Source of the DNA: Amoeboaphelidium occidentale
Lineage: Eukaryota
Length of the DNA stretch: 56,412 bases
Assembly (NCBI GenBank): GCA_023515795.1
Contig: JALGPX010000014.1
Location: 310,001 to 366,412, forward strand
Direction of reading: 5' to 3'
Part shown: positions 44,003-56,412 of the stretch, piece after piece
Layout of the letters: every line of letters starts with the position of its first letter
Position numbering within the stretch: the stretch's first letter is position 1
Position numbers and translations under genes: made by a program
Notes under the pieces: generated by a model
Seen by the model: only the letters and a program-made list of their open reading frames with translations
Database searches by the model: none
Told to the model about the DNA's origin: nothing

Positions 44003-45304
44003 ATGTCTTCAAGTCAACTGTATGACGATTTTGATCTGGCTTTTCCAAGTGCCTGGTTGGAAGAAGAATCCAAGCCACTGCCTGAGGAGGATGTTTCGCA
44101 ATCCGGGTCAATATCAAAGATCGTGGTACTTATAAATATTTTCCTGTATGCTGTTGCCGTATACCTGTGGAACCCTTTGATGAGCAATCACATTGCTGAA
44201 TTGGGAGGAACTTCTGTAGATTATGGATACGTTTCAGGATTTTCTTCGTTGATGCAAATGATCGGTGCTGTGTACATAGGGTCTTTAATCGATATGAAGG
44301 GCTCATTTCTGCCTCTGGTTGTTGCATTTGTATCATTGATCATTGGACAATTCACTTGCTACTTGGCACCAAACACTCTTCTACTTGGCCTGACTAGAAT
44401 ATTTGTGCTGTTTCAACAAACTATGCTTGCTTCACGAGCATGGATATCTGCACAATCTGATGATACAGCTCGTGATATGGGTCTAGTCTCATTAGTTTAT
44501 GGTGCCGGAACAATGGTTGGACCTGCATTATCAAATTTGATCGTGAAAGAGACCGGAAGTGTTCGTGGTACTGCCTTGGCTTCCGCTTTAGTATCTGCTA
44601 TATCTCTGATTCTTCATTTACTCTTGGTATCAAATGCTCAACCTAAACCTCAAGAGAAGACTAAACGGAGGAAAAGTTTTATGGATGATGCTTCCAAGAC
44701 ATGGTTAAGTTTGATTACTTACGCAAATCTTTTGAAAAATAACAAACACCTACAAAACACATTTATCGTTAAGATGCTAACTTCCTTCGCAATGTCTTTA
44801 TTTCATACAATTTTGTCGTTACTTCTCGTGGAAGTTTATCAAGTTCCGCCGACTCAATCCGGGTTTATTTACTCACTTATCGGAGTTACTATTGTTATTG
44901 CACAAGGCGCCTTCCAAGTATGGCTATATCGGTGTAGAAGCAAAATGTTGTTGGTTTTATCTTGCGTTGCAATGTCAGTATCGATTCTATTAATGTTCTA
45001 CACAACAAAAATCACTTCATTTCTTGCTCTGATTTGCCCCTTGTTCGCCTCTGGGACCATTATGTACTCAGTCAGTATCGGGAAACTGACCTCTGGCGTT
45101 GAGAAGAAAGATCAAGGATCTATTCTTGGGCTTGACATGGCACTTACACAGCTCCAGAGAATTATTGCTCCTTTAGTTGCGACAAGATTAGCATCAGATT
45201 ACTCGCTCCAACATGTTCTTGTTCTATCAGCAATTATGTGTTCTATTTCGATAATATTCTGTCTAATTGATACCGACAAGGATCATGTTAAAAAAACTGA
45301 CTAA
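44003..45304 (+). CDS. Major facilitator superfamily transporter
   Basis: ~12 TM helices, G.LID.KG motif A variant; alternative upstream ATG at 43898. Confidence 0.85.
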   Translation: MSSSQLYDDFDLAFPSAWLEEESKPLPEEDVSQSGSISKIVVLINIFLYAVAVYLWNPLMSNHIAELGGTSVDYGYVSGFSSLMQMIGAVYIGSLIDMKGSFLPLVVAFVSLIIGQFTCYLAPNTLLLGLTRIFVLFQQTMLASRAWISAQSDDTARDMGLVSLVYGAGTMVGPALSNLIVKETGSVRGTALASALVSAISLILHLLLVSNAQPKPQEKTKRRKSFMDDASKTWLSLITYANLLKNNKHLQNTFIVKMLTSFAMSLFHTILSLLLVEVYQVPPTQSGFIYSLIGVTIVIAQGAFQVWLYRCRSKMLLVLSCVAMSVSILLMFYTTKITSFLALICPLFASGTIMYSVSIGKLTSGVEKKDQGSILGLDMALTQLQRIIAPLVATRLASDYSLQHVLVLSAIMCSISIIFCLIDTDKDHVKKTD

Positions 45305-46555
45305 GACATCAGCAAGTAGTAAATTCCAGTGAGCCATCCGCTTATTGTTATTAAACTTAAAAAGTACTGCAGAATAGACACACAAGAAACATTCCAGCCT
45401 TTACCGGATGGATCGAGAAGTTGACTGAGAAGGATGACCATTTGAGCTGTAGGGACTAAAGACTGGAACATCAAAACGAATCGAAGCATCTTGTCTTCCA
45501 TACTTATCACTGACAACGCCTGGGTCATCATAAACTCCCAGAAAGCAATACCAATAATAGGAATAAGAATTAATCGAATAAATGAGACAGAAAGAGCTTC
45601 CATGACATTTTGCTTGGAAATACTATTTGATCCATCATAATCATCATCCTTCTTCTTCAACGAAGCTGTAAATCCTTGAATAACTCGCATAAAAGAAGCG
45701 CCAATGTTCAAAACCCCCATTTGAACACAAGCATCACCAAGAAACTCCGTCGTTTCCAAGAGAAATCCCAACGGAGCTTCGGCTGTTCGTTCAGTTGGTG
45801 TCAAACTCGTGTCTGGCGAAATAAAGATTGATCTAAACACTGGAACACCACCTAGAATTAATGCTGCAACCATTGCGATATTTGGCGGATTAAAAAGCTT
45901 CTTGGTAAAGTCCCACACAAACTCTTTAAAATTGAAAGAAGGTCTTGCTTCCACAGGCGGCTCGATTGTTACTCTGTCAGAATTCAGCTGCAAATTATCT
46001 TCAGCATGATCAAAATCCTTCTTAAGAAGTCTATAGCCTGCCGAAAATAGAAGCAGCGTGGATGGGAAGTTGAATACCGAAGTGTACGCAATACCGAGAT
46101 CAATGTCCCCTTGCTTGAAAGGCGGATCATTACCCAAAGCCATAATCACCGCATTAGTGAGATCGCCCCAATTCCCAAAAGTGCACGCAACAACGTATCC
46201 ATTCCAGAATGTCTTTGGTGGTTTAACGAACACTCTAAAGACCAAGCCCAGTATACCACCAAGAAAGACATAAAACAGGTTTGATAGTAGAAGATAACCA
46301 AGTGAAGAGACTTCCATAATTTCCATTGACCAGAGTGTTTTAGAGAAGAGTAGACAAGGGGACAGGATATGCACAATAATCTTCGAAATCACCCTCGAAC
46401 CAGAAGTCGTTATGATGTCAGCGTAAGCGCAATATGCACCAGCAGCTACAGAATAATGATCAGCTGTATCGGAGGCTTTAGGGCATACCCAAAACTAGAA
46501 ATACTTTAATGAGAGGCCTCACAGATACCCAAATTAAATCTCCAGCTGAAATCAT
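45301..46555 (-). CDS. Auxin efflux carrier / PIN-like (Mem_trans) transporter, 2 exons
   Basis: SVRPLIK, LSPCLLFSK, FGNWGDL, G.AY, NPP..A, RLILIPIIG, VPTA motifs. Confidence 0.88.
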
Positions 46556-46741
46556 CTTGAAGACACGAATATCACGATCGATCTGCAGCTTTTTTTAACA
46601 GGGGTCATGCACCCAGACTTGTTACAACTAAGACAAGTAAACATTGAACGCGACAGCTATTCGTAGATTCCAAACGTCTATTTATAGTGAAACGTTTGCG
46701 TTGCATTTCTCTTCTATAAATCAATATCTTGCGCTCACAAC

Positions 46742-48028
46742 ATGGAAAGTCGGTTAGAGGGAATGATCAGGGCTGATCCCATGGCCATTCAGAAGACTGT
46801 ACTTAATCTCGACGGGCTGAACTTAAGTAGTATGGGAGCACAGAGACATCATTCGGAATTCATGCTGATTGCAAGATTTTCCCATTTAAAGAGCCTCAGT
46901 ATGGCATCAACAGGATGTGTTTCATTGTATGCTTTCCCGTTTCTGCCAAAATTAAGAAAGGTACACTTGATCTGTTCGTGTCTGATGAGTAGATGAACCT
47001 GGCCAACAACAAGATCACAACGACTGAACCTCTACTTAGGGCTAGATTAACACAACTATCTAGTTTGAACCTTTCAAATAATCCAATATCAGACTTTAAA
47101 GCCATAGAATCTTTGGCATACTTTCCATTGGTCAACTTGAACTTGAGTGGATGTCCTGTAACACAGATCAAGGAATACAGAGAGATGCTGTTCTCTTTGA
47201 TCCCAACCCTAGAGGTTTTAGATGAAATGGATAGGTATATCGTACAATATAACGGGTAATCTGATGGTTTGTAGTCGAGGAAAGCCCGTTTCAAGTGTGT
47301 CGTTGGACTATGATGATGATTCTGAGCTTGACGACGAAGATCAAATAGTGACATCGCCAGTTATACGCAGAGCCGGAAAGGGATTGATGTCTAAAAGCAA
47401 AGGAAAAGGAAAGAACGCTGGAAAGAAAACTATGGGAAAGTCCATGAAACGCGGCGAGACAAATGATATTGATGAAGAACAGGAAGATTACAGCGAAGCA
47501 GAGAGCATTGTAGAAGCAGAAGAAGAAGTATTAGATGCTTTAGGAAACGACGACAGCGTGTCTGGAAGCGAAGATGAAGAAGATTCAGAACCTCATGATG
47601 TAGAAGTAAGTGTTAAACCGTTTGATTCTAACCTCTAGAGCGAATACGATGAAGGAGATGATAATGAGTTTGAGCTTGAGGAGTCAAGTGAGCCAGATAA
47701 TGAAGCGGTGTTACATGAAATTTTCAGTCAGATGCAGAATGAATTCCAAGAGAGTGCATACAAGTATCAGGAACAAGTTGCAGCAGAAAATTATGCAACC
47801 TTTAATCTGAACGATACAACAGTTGTCAATTCAGGACCTCAAGGGGACGACGACGATGATGTTTTGAGTGATAACTTTTCCTTGCACGCGCACAATAACG
47901 ATGAACTATTAGCCGTGCATCAAATGAGTAACACAGCAAAACGAAAACAAGACTACGTGAATGAGGAACATGGATTCAATGGCTATTCCCCCGAGTCAGA
48001 GTACAATGATTTTAAAAGGCGAAGATAG
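46742..48028 (+). CDS. ANP32-like LRR protein with acidic tail (4 exons)
   Basis: LxxLxLxxN repeats, LRRcap CPVT...YRE..F..IP.L.VLD, Asp/Glu-rich C-terminus ending KRRR. Confidence 0.8.
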
Positions 48029-48124
48029 TGATTATGTAAGTGTTACATGATAGATTCAAAGTATAATAAAAATTCGACTGTTTCCAAAGATTAAGCCGTT
48101 TTAATACGTGTTTTTACAAGTACA

Positions 48125-49555
<1,431 letters not shown>

Positions 49556-49616
49556 GTGTCGCAGAAGTTGTGTCGAATTGCTTTTTCCTTCCGGAACGAT
49601 TCACGCAAAAGATTGA

Positions 49617-50870
49617 ATGGAAACAGAAACGGCCAGAGCGCAGGTAATTCTTCGACTTCCAAAAGAAACTTTAATTTAAAAGAAACTCGTGGAAGAACAG
49701 TACGCATCTACTGATCATTCCGAGCCATTTGTATTGCACAGCTTGAAACATCGTGGATATGTTGCTAAAGTCTTGCTATCGTCGAAATTGCCTTTAAGTA
49801 AACGGTTCGTATCGCTGGATGCTTCTCAGCCTTGGATTTGCTATTGGGCTATACATTCTTTAAACTTGCTTGGATATGATATCACGCTAGATTTTGAGTT
49901 TGCTAAGGATTCTGTGTACCAACGAGCTATTGATACACTTTCGTCATGGCAAGATCAAGATCATGGTGGGTTCAAGGGAGGCAATACTCAGATACCTCAT
50001 ATGGCTTCAACTTATGCTGCAGTGATGTCCCTTGTGTCGATATCTAGCGAGGAACATCCAGAAGCCCTCGATGCCATAAACAGAGAAGCTCTGTACGAAT
50101 TTCTGTTAGCAATGAAGCAAGATGATGGCAGTTTTATAATGCACAAGAATGGTGAGGTCGATATACGAGGAGTGTATTGTGCATTATCTATGGCATCCAT
50201 CACGAACATTCTAACAGAAGATCTTGTTTCAAATACAGGGAAATGGTTGGGTAAATGCCAAAGTAAATGGGAGGGTGGGTTTGGCGGCTTGCCTGAAGCT
50301 GAAGCCCATGGTGGTTATACTTATTGTGGCCTTGCAGCTTTGTGTGTGCTTATAAGCTTTTATAAAAACAGAAATATTAAGGACCTGATGAAAGAATGGG
50401 ACATCAACATCAAAATGTTGAAGAATTGGCTAGTTAAGCGCCAGATGGCATTAGAAGGCGGCTTTCAAGGCAGGACAAACAAACTCGTCGATGGATGTTA
50501 TTCATTTTGGGTTGGTGCTTCCTTTCCTCTTATAAGATCATTCTTTAAGCTTAACGGCGACACAGATGAACCTTTTGATATGAGCACTAAGAAACTCCAA
50601 GAATACATTCTGACGTACTCACAGGACCCTGATTATGGAGGGTTCAGTGATCGTGCCGAGAATGGAGTTGATTTCTATCACACTTGTTACTGCCTTTCAG
50701 GATTATCTTTAGCATTTGATGATGTTCTTGTGAACAAGGAGAGCCTTGAAGGACATAAATTGAACAAGGAATCTGAACTAAAAATCAAAAGATCTCATCC
50801 TTTATTTAATTGTTTGTTAGACAGATCAAACTTTGCATTACAGTACTTTAGAAAGAAGAGCGCAAAATAA
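49617..50870 (+). CDS. RAM1: Protein farnesyltransferase beta subunit
   Basis: LDASQPWICYW, GEVDIRG.YCA, EAHGGYTYCG, GRTNKLVDGCYSFW, DFYHTCYCLSGLS; short first exon METETARAQ. Confidence 0.93.
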
Positions 50871-50872
50871 AA

Positions 50873-51943
50873 TTAGTAGTTTCTTTTCTTCATTGCGTGC
50901 TCTCTGTACACAGCCATGACACGAATAGCGTATGCTTCCAAATGATAGATCGCTTTACTGCCCAACTTCAAACGGTGTTCATAAATAGCAGCTTGTTTTA
51001 CAATTTCAGGAACAAGCTCCTTATCAACTCTCTTTAAAAAGCACATGGTCATGTATTCAAGAATTGTTTCAGGAGGAATGCAATGAGTGATAAGTTCATA
51101 CAACTTGGAACGAACCAATAAAATACGTTCCTGCGATTGTTCACCCAACACCAAAGCAGCAACTTGTTCAACAAATTCTTCCCAGTCAGTAACATTAACT
51201 GGAGCTTTTTCGTCAAATCTTCCACCAGATTGAACATTAGTAGCCTCCAACATCAATAAGGCCTGTCTCATGTTACCCTTGCAGTGTGCATGAACTTTAG
51301 TCAAGTAACCTTCAGACGGAACTTCAAACTTCTCTTTTGATGCAATACGACTAACAACCAAAGAAAGATCATTAACAGAAGCCACAGGAACACGAACAGT
51401 GAAGCAACGTGAGCGAATCGGTGCCATGATGCGACTAATCTCATCTGCAATCATTATGATTCTCAGATTGCCCATATACTTTTCCATGGTCCTACGCAGT
51501 GCCTGTTGGGCATCTCTACTGAGATTGTGGGCTTCATGAATTACAATGACTTTAAAGTGCTTTCCTTGGCCACGAGTAACATCCATCGCTTGTGTCTGAG
51601 CCATTTCCTTCACTAGAGTCTGCACAATAATTCTGTCATAGGAACCAACATCGCTAGGATTCAGCTCCAAGTGAACAGGAGACGAAATCAAATGAAGAGT
51701 GAACTTTGTACCGGAAGGCGTCTCGAACTCACGAGCGGTAATGGTGAGCTTGTCTGCTGTTGGCCCAAACATTTCCGACATTAGCGCACGGACTCTAGTC
51801 TTCCTTCCGGAGCCAGACATGCCGTAAACCAGTAAATGCGGAAGATCATCCTGCTTAGCCAACTGCTCAAATCTTTTGTTTAAGTCCTTATGGAAACTTA
51901 AATCCTCCAAATGTTTTGGTGAATGTTTGTCGACCCAAAGCAT
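50873..51943 (-). CDS. RFC5: Replication factor C small subunit (yeast Rfc5 / human RFC3)
   Basis: MLWVDK, PHLLVYG..G.G.KT, AQQALRRTMEKY, PIRSRC, GSKAIYHLEAY. Confidence 0.94.
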   Translation of the reverse strand: MLWVDKHSPKHLEDLSFHKDLNKRFEQLAKQDDLPHLLVYGMSGSGRKTRVRALMSEMFGPTADKLTITAREFETPSGTKFTLHLISSPVHLELNPSDVGSYDRIIVQTLVKEMAQTQAMDVTRGQGKHFKVIVIHEAHNLSRDAQQALRRTMEKYMGNLRIIMIADEISRIMAPIRSRCFTVRVPVASVNDLSLVVSRIASKEKFEVPSEGYLTKVHAHCKGNMRQALLMLEATNVQSGGRFDEKAPVNVTDWEEFVEQVAALVLGEQSQERILLVRSKLYELITHCIPPETILEYMTMCFLKRVDKELVPEIVKQAAIYEHRLKLGSKAIYHLEAYAIRVMAVYREHAMKKRNY

Positions 51944-51981
51944 CTTATTATTAAACAAAAGAATACAAAGCGCATGAACCT

Positions 51982-52905
51982 TTATTGTCCTTCTTCGTTA
52001 CTCTTCTTCATTTCCGATAATGATCCTGTCTGATCTAAAGGTGCACCAATAAAGACCAACTTACTTAGCGCAGTTGTGTCAGATCCAGACTGATTATCCT
52101 CAATAAAGATTACCATACTGGAGACATTCTGGAATCTGACAAAACGCAACTCATTCGTAACCTTCTCTTCAAAATCAGCTGGGGTCAGGACCAAAGTCTG
52201 CGTAGGCTCAATTGAACCAACTTCATCAAAGCCCAAATGTGAGCGATTAACAAAGATCTTGACTGTCTTTGGCCCATTATCAGCAGGCGCAACAAATTTC
52301 AAAGAGTGAATCTTCACAAACTGATGAAAGTTAATGGAAATTATCAGCTGTTCATCGCAGTCAGACTCCACATTCGTTTTGTTCTTGAGGTCGAATATCG
52401 AGTTGATCTTTGCGTTCGATTTCAAGTTCAAGCACTCCAACTGCTTAGGATCAATAGACGCATTAAGTTCATGAAAGCCAACTAAGCCATACGCAGACGG
52501 AACACCACCAGAAGCAGCTGCTGCAGCAGCGTTTCCGCCTTCAGAGTGCAATTTAACATAATCCTCTAGCTTTTTCTTATCAGCACCAGAGAACTCTGCA
52601 ATCTTCTTGCCCTGCTTGTAAAACTGAAATGTTGGCATGGCTTTTACGCCGGCAACCTGTGCGACCTGCTGAAGTTCATCCACATCGACTTTCAGAAAGT
52701 TCACTGAAGGGTATTCATTAGAAAGCTTTTCGAAAACAGGGCCAATAACTTTACATGGGCCACACCATCTGCTCAAGTTAGACTTTAAACCTCTTTAAAT
52801 AATTAAAAGTTACGCTGCAGTGAAGTCTACAACTACAAGCTTCTGTCCTGAAGGGGACAAATACTTTAAAAATTCATCGGGAGATTTGATGTGAACGGAA
52901 GGCAT
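51982..52905 (-). CDS. TXNL1: Thioredoxin-like protein 1 (thioredoxin + PITH domain)
   Basis: [13 protein letters not shown] across an intron; PITH motifs [26 protein letters not shown]. Confidence 0.93.
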
Positions 52906-53099
52906 GGCTGATGAACGTTGTAAGGAAAAATAACTATGGAAAAATTGCAGAACACTTTAAACTTTAATTAAATGCAGTTGCTCTTCAGTTGCAGCCGTGG
53001 CGAAGGATTACGGTAATGCCCCGCGTGTTTTGACGCTGAAACGTTATCTGAAGCGGCCACATGATGACGTAAAACAAGTTGCCACTTTAACACTTCATT

Positions 53100-55229
53100 A
53101 TGAAATCATTCCGATTGGCCCTGTGGGCTGCGCTCTCTGCCTCCGTTGCATTTAGTATCTCTGATAACTGCACGGCTGATATCCAATCCCTCTTGGCGAA
53201 GCAGACGTTGCTTACTCAAGCGATCGACTCTTTTGGTAAGCCTGTTGGTGCTTTTCGTGGTTCCTTCTCTTCTCTTGGAGACTACGTTGAGTGCACAGAG
53301 TTAATTGATGCAGATCTCGAGAATCCTTTATCATTCCGATATGCTTTGGTTGAAGGTGCATTGATTCTGCAAGCTGGAAATGCTCCAATTCCTCCTTTGG
53401 CTTCATCGCTTGGTGTTTGTTTTCCTTCTCAGTGTGATAAGGATGATATCACGGAAGGAATGGGTCTGATTTTTGAGTTCTTGAAGAGTAAATTGGGTGG
53501 TGGCGGTGGTGGTCCTCCTGGTCTTGACGGTGTTTCACAGTTAGCTGGACAATCATCATCATTTTTCAGGACTGTAGCAAATACCGCGTACTCGGCGCTA
53601 TTTGACGAGAGTGCACCTGAGCAGCCTGGCCTTAATGTTGCGTATATTGTTAATAGTGTTAATTTTGCGTATGAAGCAGATTGGGATACTCCATCGATCG
53701 TTGTTTTGTCTGTATTGGGAGGATTAACGGCCATCTGTATTTTGGCTACTCTGGCTGATTATTTGATGAAACGCTTTACCGAGTCGGAACTGGATAAGGA
53801 AGCTCTTTCAATGCTTGGTCATTCTGGTAGTGATGCCACGCTGGGTGAAAGATCACCATTGCTAACTGATCTATCTGCTTCTCGCGCCACCGATTATTCC
53901 GTTCATCCAAGAAAGAAGAATATTTTCGTGAAAATATTGCATGCATTCTCATTGTACAAGAATATTCCAATTTTGTTATCTAACAAAACACCCGCACCTG
54001 AGTTGAATATCCTTAACCTTTTGAGGTTGGTCTCAATTTGGTGGGTTGTAATGGGACACACTTTCCTTACAACGGCTTTAGAGTATGCGCATGTCGACTT
54101 GTTGAATGTATTCAGTGTTACCAAAGATTCATCTGTAATGATATTTTTAAATGCATTCTTTTCTGTTGAGACATTCTTCTACTTGAGTGCTTTCTTGGTC
54201 TCCTATATTGCATTCAACACCGAGAATTTCCTCAAGAAGTTTAACTACTTGAAGTATGCATTGTTTCGTTATTTGAGATTGACTCCGTCTTATGCATTGA
54301 CTTTATTCTTTTGGACTTATGTTTTCAAGAATCTTGGTGAAGGTCCTGTTTGGTTCAGGAAAGTTCAGAATATTAAGGAATCCTGTAGTAATTATTGGTG
54401 GACAAACATGCTTTACATTAATAATATTTACATGGATAAGATTGAGTCGGTTTGCATGCCATGGTCTTGGTACTTGAGCGTTGATTATCAGTTGTGGTTA
54501 GCATTGCCATTGTTCTTGCTCCCATTGTTTTACCTTTCGCACAGAAAATGGATCGGATACTTGTGGTTGGGTGCTGGAACCATTGGTGGTCTAATTTCTG
54601 TAATCGTCTCCAATTACGTTGAAGAAATTCCTGCTACGTTTACAGGTCAAGGCGATGGCTCTATGCGTTGGATGACCTTGTTCTACTTTAGGCCTTACAG
54701 TCATTTGTCTGTTTCATTGCTTGCAGTCTTTGCTGCTGCTTGCGCCTCAAGTTTGAGAGCAAGAAATTACAAGATCAATTATGTTTTAATTGCATTGAGT
54801 CAAGCGTTGGGAGCTGTTTTAATGATAATCACCGTGTACTATCCTTATGATGAAGTCAAGAATCCTGGAACATGGACCAACTTGAGAAATGCAATGTTCA
54901 ATGGCTTCTCAAAGATCTTATGGTCTCTTGGGTTATCATTCTTCATCTTGCCATCAATTATTAACCCACAAAGAACAAGATTATTGACAACTTTTAGCGC
55001 TTGGTCTGGATGGAAAGTTGCTGCAAAATTAACTTACTCGGTTTACTTGGTACATTACATGCTCAACTACGTTTTCTTTGCTTCTAGATTGAGAGAGGAA
55101 GCTTACAAACCTGCCACTTTTGTGTTTAACTTTGGTGGCGTCTTATGGTGGTCATACTTGGCAGCTGTTCTGATGTTCCTGTTCATTGAAGCACCCTTCG
55201 GAAACTTGCTGAAACTCTTGAAGAAATAA
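53100..55229 (+). CDS. NRF-6/OACYL-like O-acyltransferase (acyltransferase-3), paralog 2
   Basis: Signal peptide, NRF domain, LRLVSIWWVVMGH (R-x10-H), FFSVETFF.LS, RYLRLTP, WYLSVDYQL. Confidence 0.9.
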   Translation: MKSFRLALWAALSASVAFSISDNCTADIQSLLAKQTLLTQAIDSFGKPVGAFRGSFSSLGDYVECTELIDADLENPLSFRYALVEGALILQAGNAPIPPLASSLGVCFPSQCDKDDITEGMGLIFEFLKSKLGGGGGGPPGLDGVSQLAGQSSSFFRTVANTAYSALFDESAPEQPGLNVAYIVNSVNFAYEADWDTPSIVVLSVLGGLTAICILATLADYLMKRFTESELDKEALSMLGHSGSDATLGERSPLLTDLSASRATDYSVHPRKKNIFVKILHAFSLYKNIPILLSNKTPAPELNILNLLRLVSIWWVVMGHTFLTTALEYAHVDLLNVFSVTKDSSVMIFLNAFFSVETFFYLSAFLVSYIAFNTENFLKKFNYLKYALFRYLRLTPSYALTLFFWTYVFKNLGEGPVWFRKVQNIKESCSNYWWTNMLYINNIYMDKIESVCMPWSWYLSVDYQLWLALPLFLLPLFYLSHRKWIGYLWLGAGTIGGLISVIVSNYVEEIPATFTGQGDGSMRWMTLFYFRPYSHLSVSLLAVFAAACASSLRARNYKINYVLIALSQALGAVLMIITVYYPYDEVKNPGTWTNLRNAMFNGFSKILWSLGLSFFILPSIINPQRTRLLTTFSAWSGWKVAAKLTYSVYLVHYMLNYVFFASRLREEAYKPATFVFNFGGVLWWSYLAAVLMFLFIEAPFGNLLKLLKK

Positions 55230-55605
55230 CTGGCCCTTCGCTACAGGATTAGTTCAAATAAAATCCAAATCTTACTTAGAAGAGCGTTACACGAATCGCC
55301 GATTTCTCAGCTACGCTGGCGGAGACTGTACAAGTAAATATGCTGCCATAATCACCTGTCATTAACCTTCATTTGCATTCAAATCCAAAAATACGTGTCT
55401 GATATTTCGTGCAGCGTTGATGTCCCTCTTCCAAACAGTTAAGCAATCTAAATTTCAGACTTTAACCGCCCAAAACTTTGTCTGTTTCAACTCATGTAAA
55501 CAGAATGAGCATAACTTGCAGGGTTCAGATCGAGCTAGATATTCACCCTTTAAGAAAGCGCATTCGCACTCCAGCTCGCAGCTTGTAGACGCTTGAGGTG
55601 GAGCT
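55225..55605 (-). mobile_element. Non-autonomous Fanzor (TnpB-like) remnant, copy 2
   Basis: One frame on the minus strand: CKLCSFCLHELKQTKFWAVKV*NLDCLTVWKRDINAARNIRHVFLDLNANEG* (TGA at a likely Cys, 55455-55457; RuvC-III motif 55401-55433; stop 55362-55364), then the conserved structured tail. Confidence 0.85.
55257..55262 (+). promoter_or_regulatory. AATAAA polyadenylation signal for acyltransferase paralog 2, lying inside the Fanzor remnant
   Basis: 28 nt after the TAA; AATAAA also follows stops at 16475, 19830, 27552, 36123, 37277, 38798, 40317 and 48065. Confidence 0.6.
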
Positions 55606-55638
55606 CTGCGCGATCAATTGATCGATTAATTTTGAGCA

Positions 55639-56289
55639 ATGAATTCAGCATCTGTGCTCTTTGATGCGAGACAAAACAAGCATATCCTGAAAACTTTAAC
55701 TCACTTAAGAATGCTTATAAATCAATTTCATTCAGAACGACAGAAAGCTATTAATGTATTGGTGCTCATACAGCGCGAGTTTTACCAGTTCAACGCGTTT
55801 TCGTTTGTGCAAGAGTACAAAGAATTTCCTCGTGCTCGCCTCGAGACTGTTTGCGCGACCGCTATAGAGAAGTTCAGACGAGAACTCTTAAATATCATGT
55901 AAGGCTGACTGATTTTGCCGAATAATTTGTATAGAGAATCAGGACTTGAAGAGATTTATAAGAACGTGGCCTCCGAATCCACTAAATTAGGCCAGAACTG
56001 GAAAATGTTACAAAGCAACGGAGTATCACTTGAGTCCATAGCATTTAGACGAGATTTGGCTGAAACTTTGGCGGCATCTCAATTGACGCAGATTGAACTT
56101 TGGAACTCTTTGAGTAAAGACGTTGATGCAGACAATATCCTGTCAGTTATAGATGAATGGGAAAAGCCCCGATTTATACGGCGCGATGTCGGTAAGACCT
56201 GAAGGGCGAAGGTAGCTGACTTTTTCTTAGAGAATTGTATTTTAGATTCCTACAGAATAGCTACCATGGTTTCAAAGCTCAAAGAATGA
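55639..56289 (+). CDS. Hypothetical protein (3 exons)
   Basis: ORFs 55639-55902 and 55915-56202 join through a gtaagg...tatag intron; a second gtaaga...cttag intron leads to TGA at 56287-56289. Confidence 0.65.
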
Positions 56290-56412
56290 TAGCCTGCTTG
56301 TTTAACAGTGTTAGTTTTTTAATTAAGGAACACTTTTTGTTATAAACCTCCTGGAAAGTGGCACATGGCTTGTGACATTGAATGTAAGCGATTTCTAAGT
56401 TTGATGGCACGC

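Noticed and set aside
56382..56405. TGTAAGCGATTTCTAAGT, loosely like GTGTAACGCTCTTCTAAGT near the element 3' end; a possible distant TIR for copy 2
   Set aside because: Short gapped match, an intron-containing host gene lies between, and no counterpart was found for copy 1; probably chance.

Overview
Gene-dense eukaryotic genomic DNA read with the standard genetic code. It holds about 33 protein-coding genes, tiny spliceosomal introns (mostly 31-56 nt), very short intergenic gaps and AATAAA signals close behind many stop codons. Gene content (complex I subunit NDUFB7, fungal-like Trs120/Swc4/synaptojanin, plus Homer, NRF-6-like acyltransferases and a WD40 receptor-like kinase) suggests an early-diverging fungus-related opisthokont, possibly an aphelid; this is inference. 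Main finding: a ~380-bp element present twice in opposite orientation (11080-11457 +, 55225-55605 -, ~93% identical by hand alignment) that the ORF track misses. It encodes the decayed C-terminus of a Fanzor/TnpB RNA-guided nuclease (CSFC...C zinc finger and WNRDINAARNI RuvC-III), followed by a conserved ~135-nt structured tail (GAAA-tetraloop hairpin, G-U-preserving differences) resembling an omegaRNA scaffold with divergent 3' flanks. Other points: a signal peptide-WD40-TM-kinase receptor, a U5 snRNA gene, a Homer homolog, a divergent membrane-anchored formin, a multi-TM class I PDE, two acyltransferase-3 paralogs (one lacking the R-x10-H motif), tandem secreted Pro/Thr-rich genes (one with an in-frame TGA) and a probable GC-AG intron.
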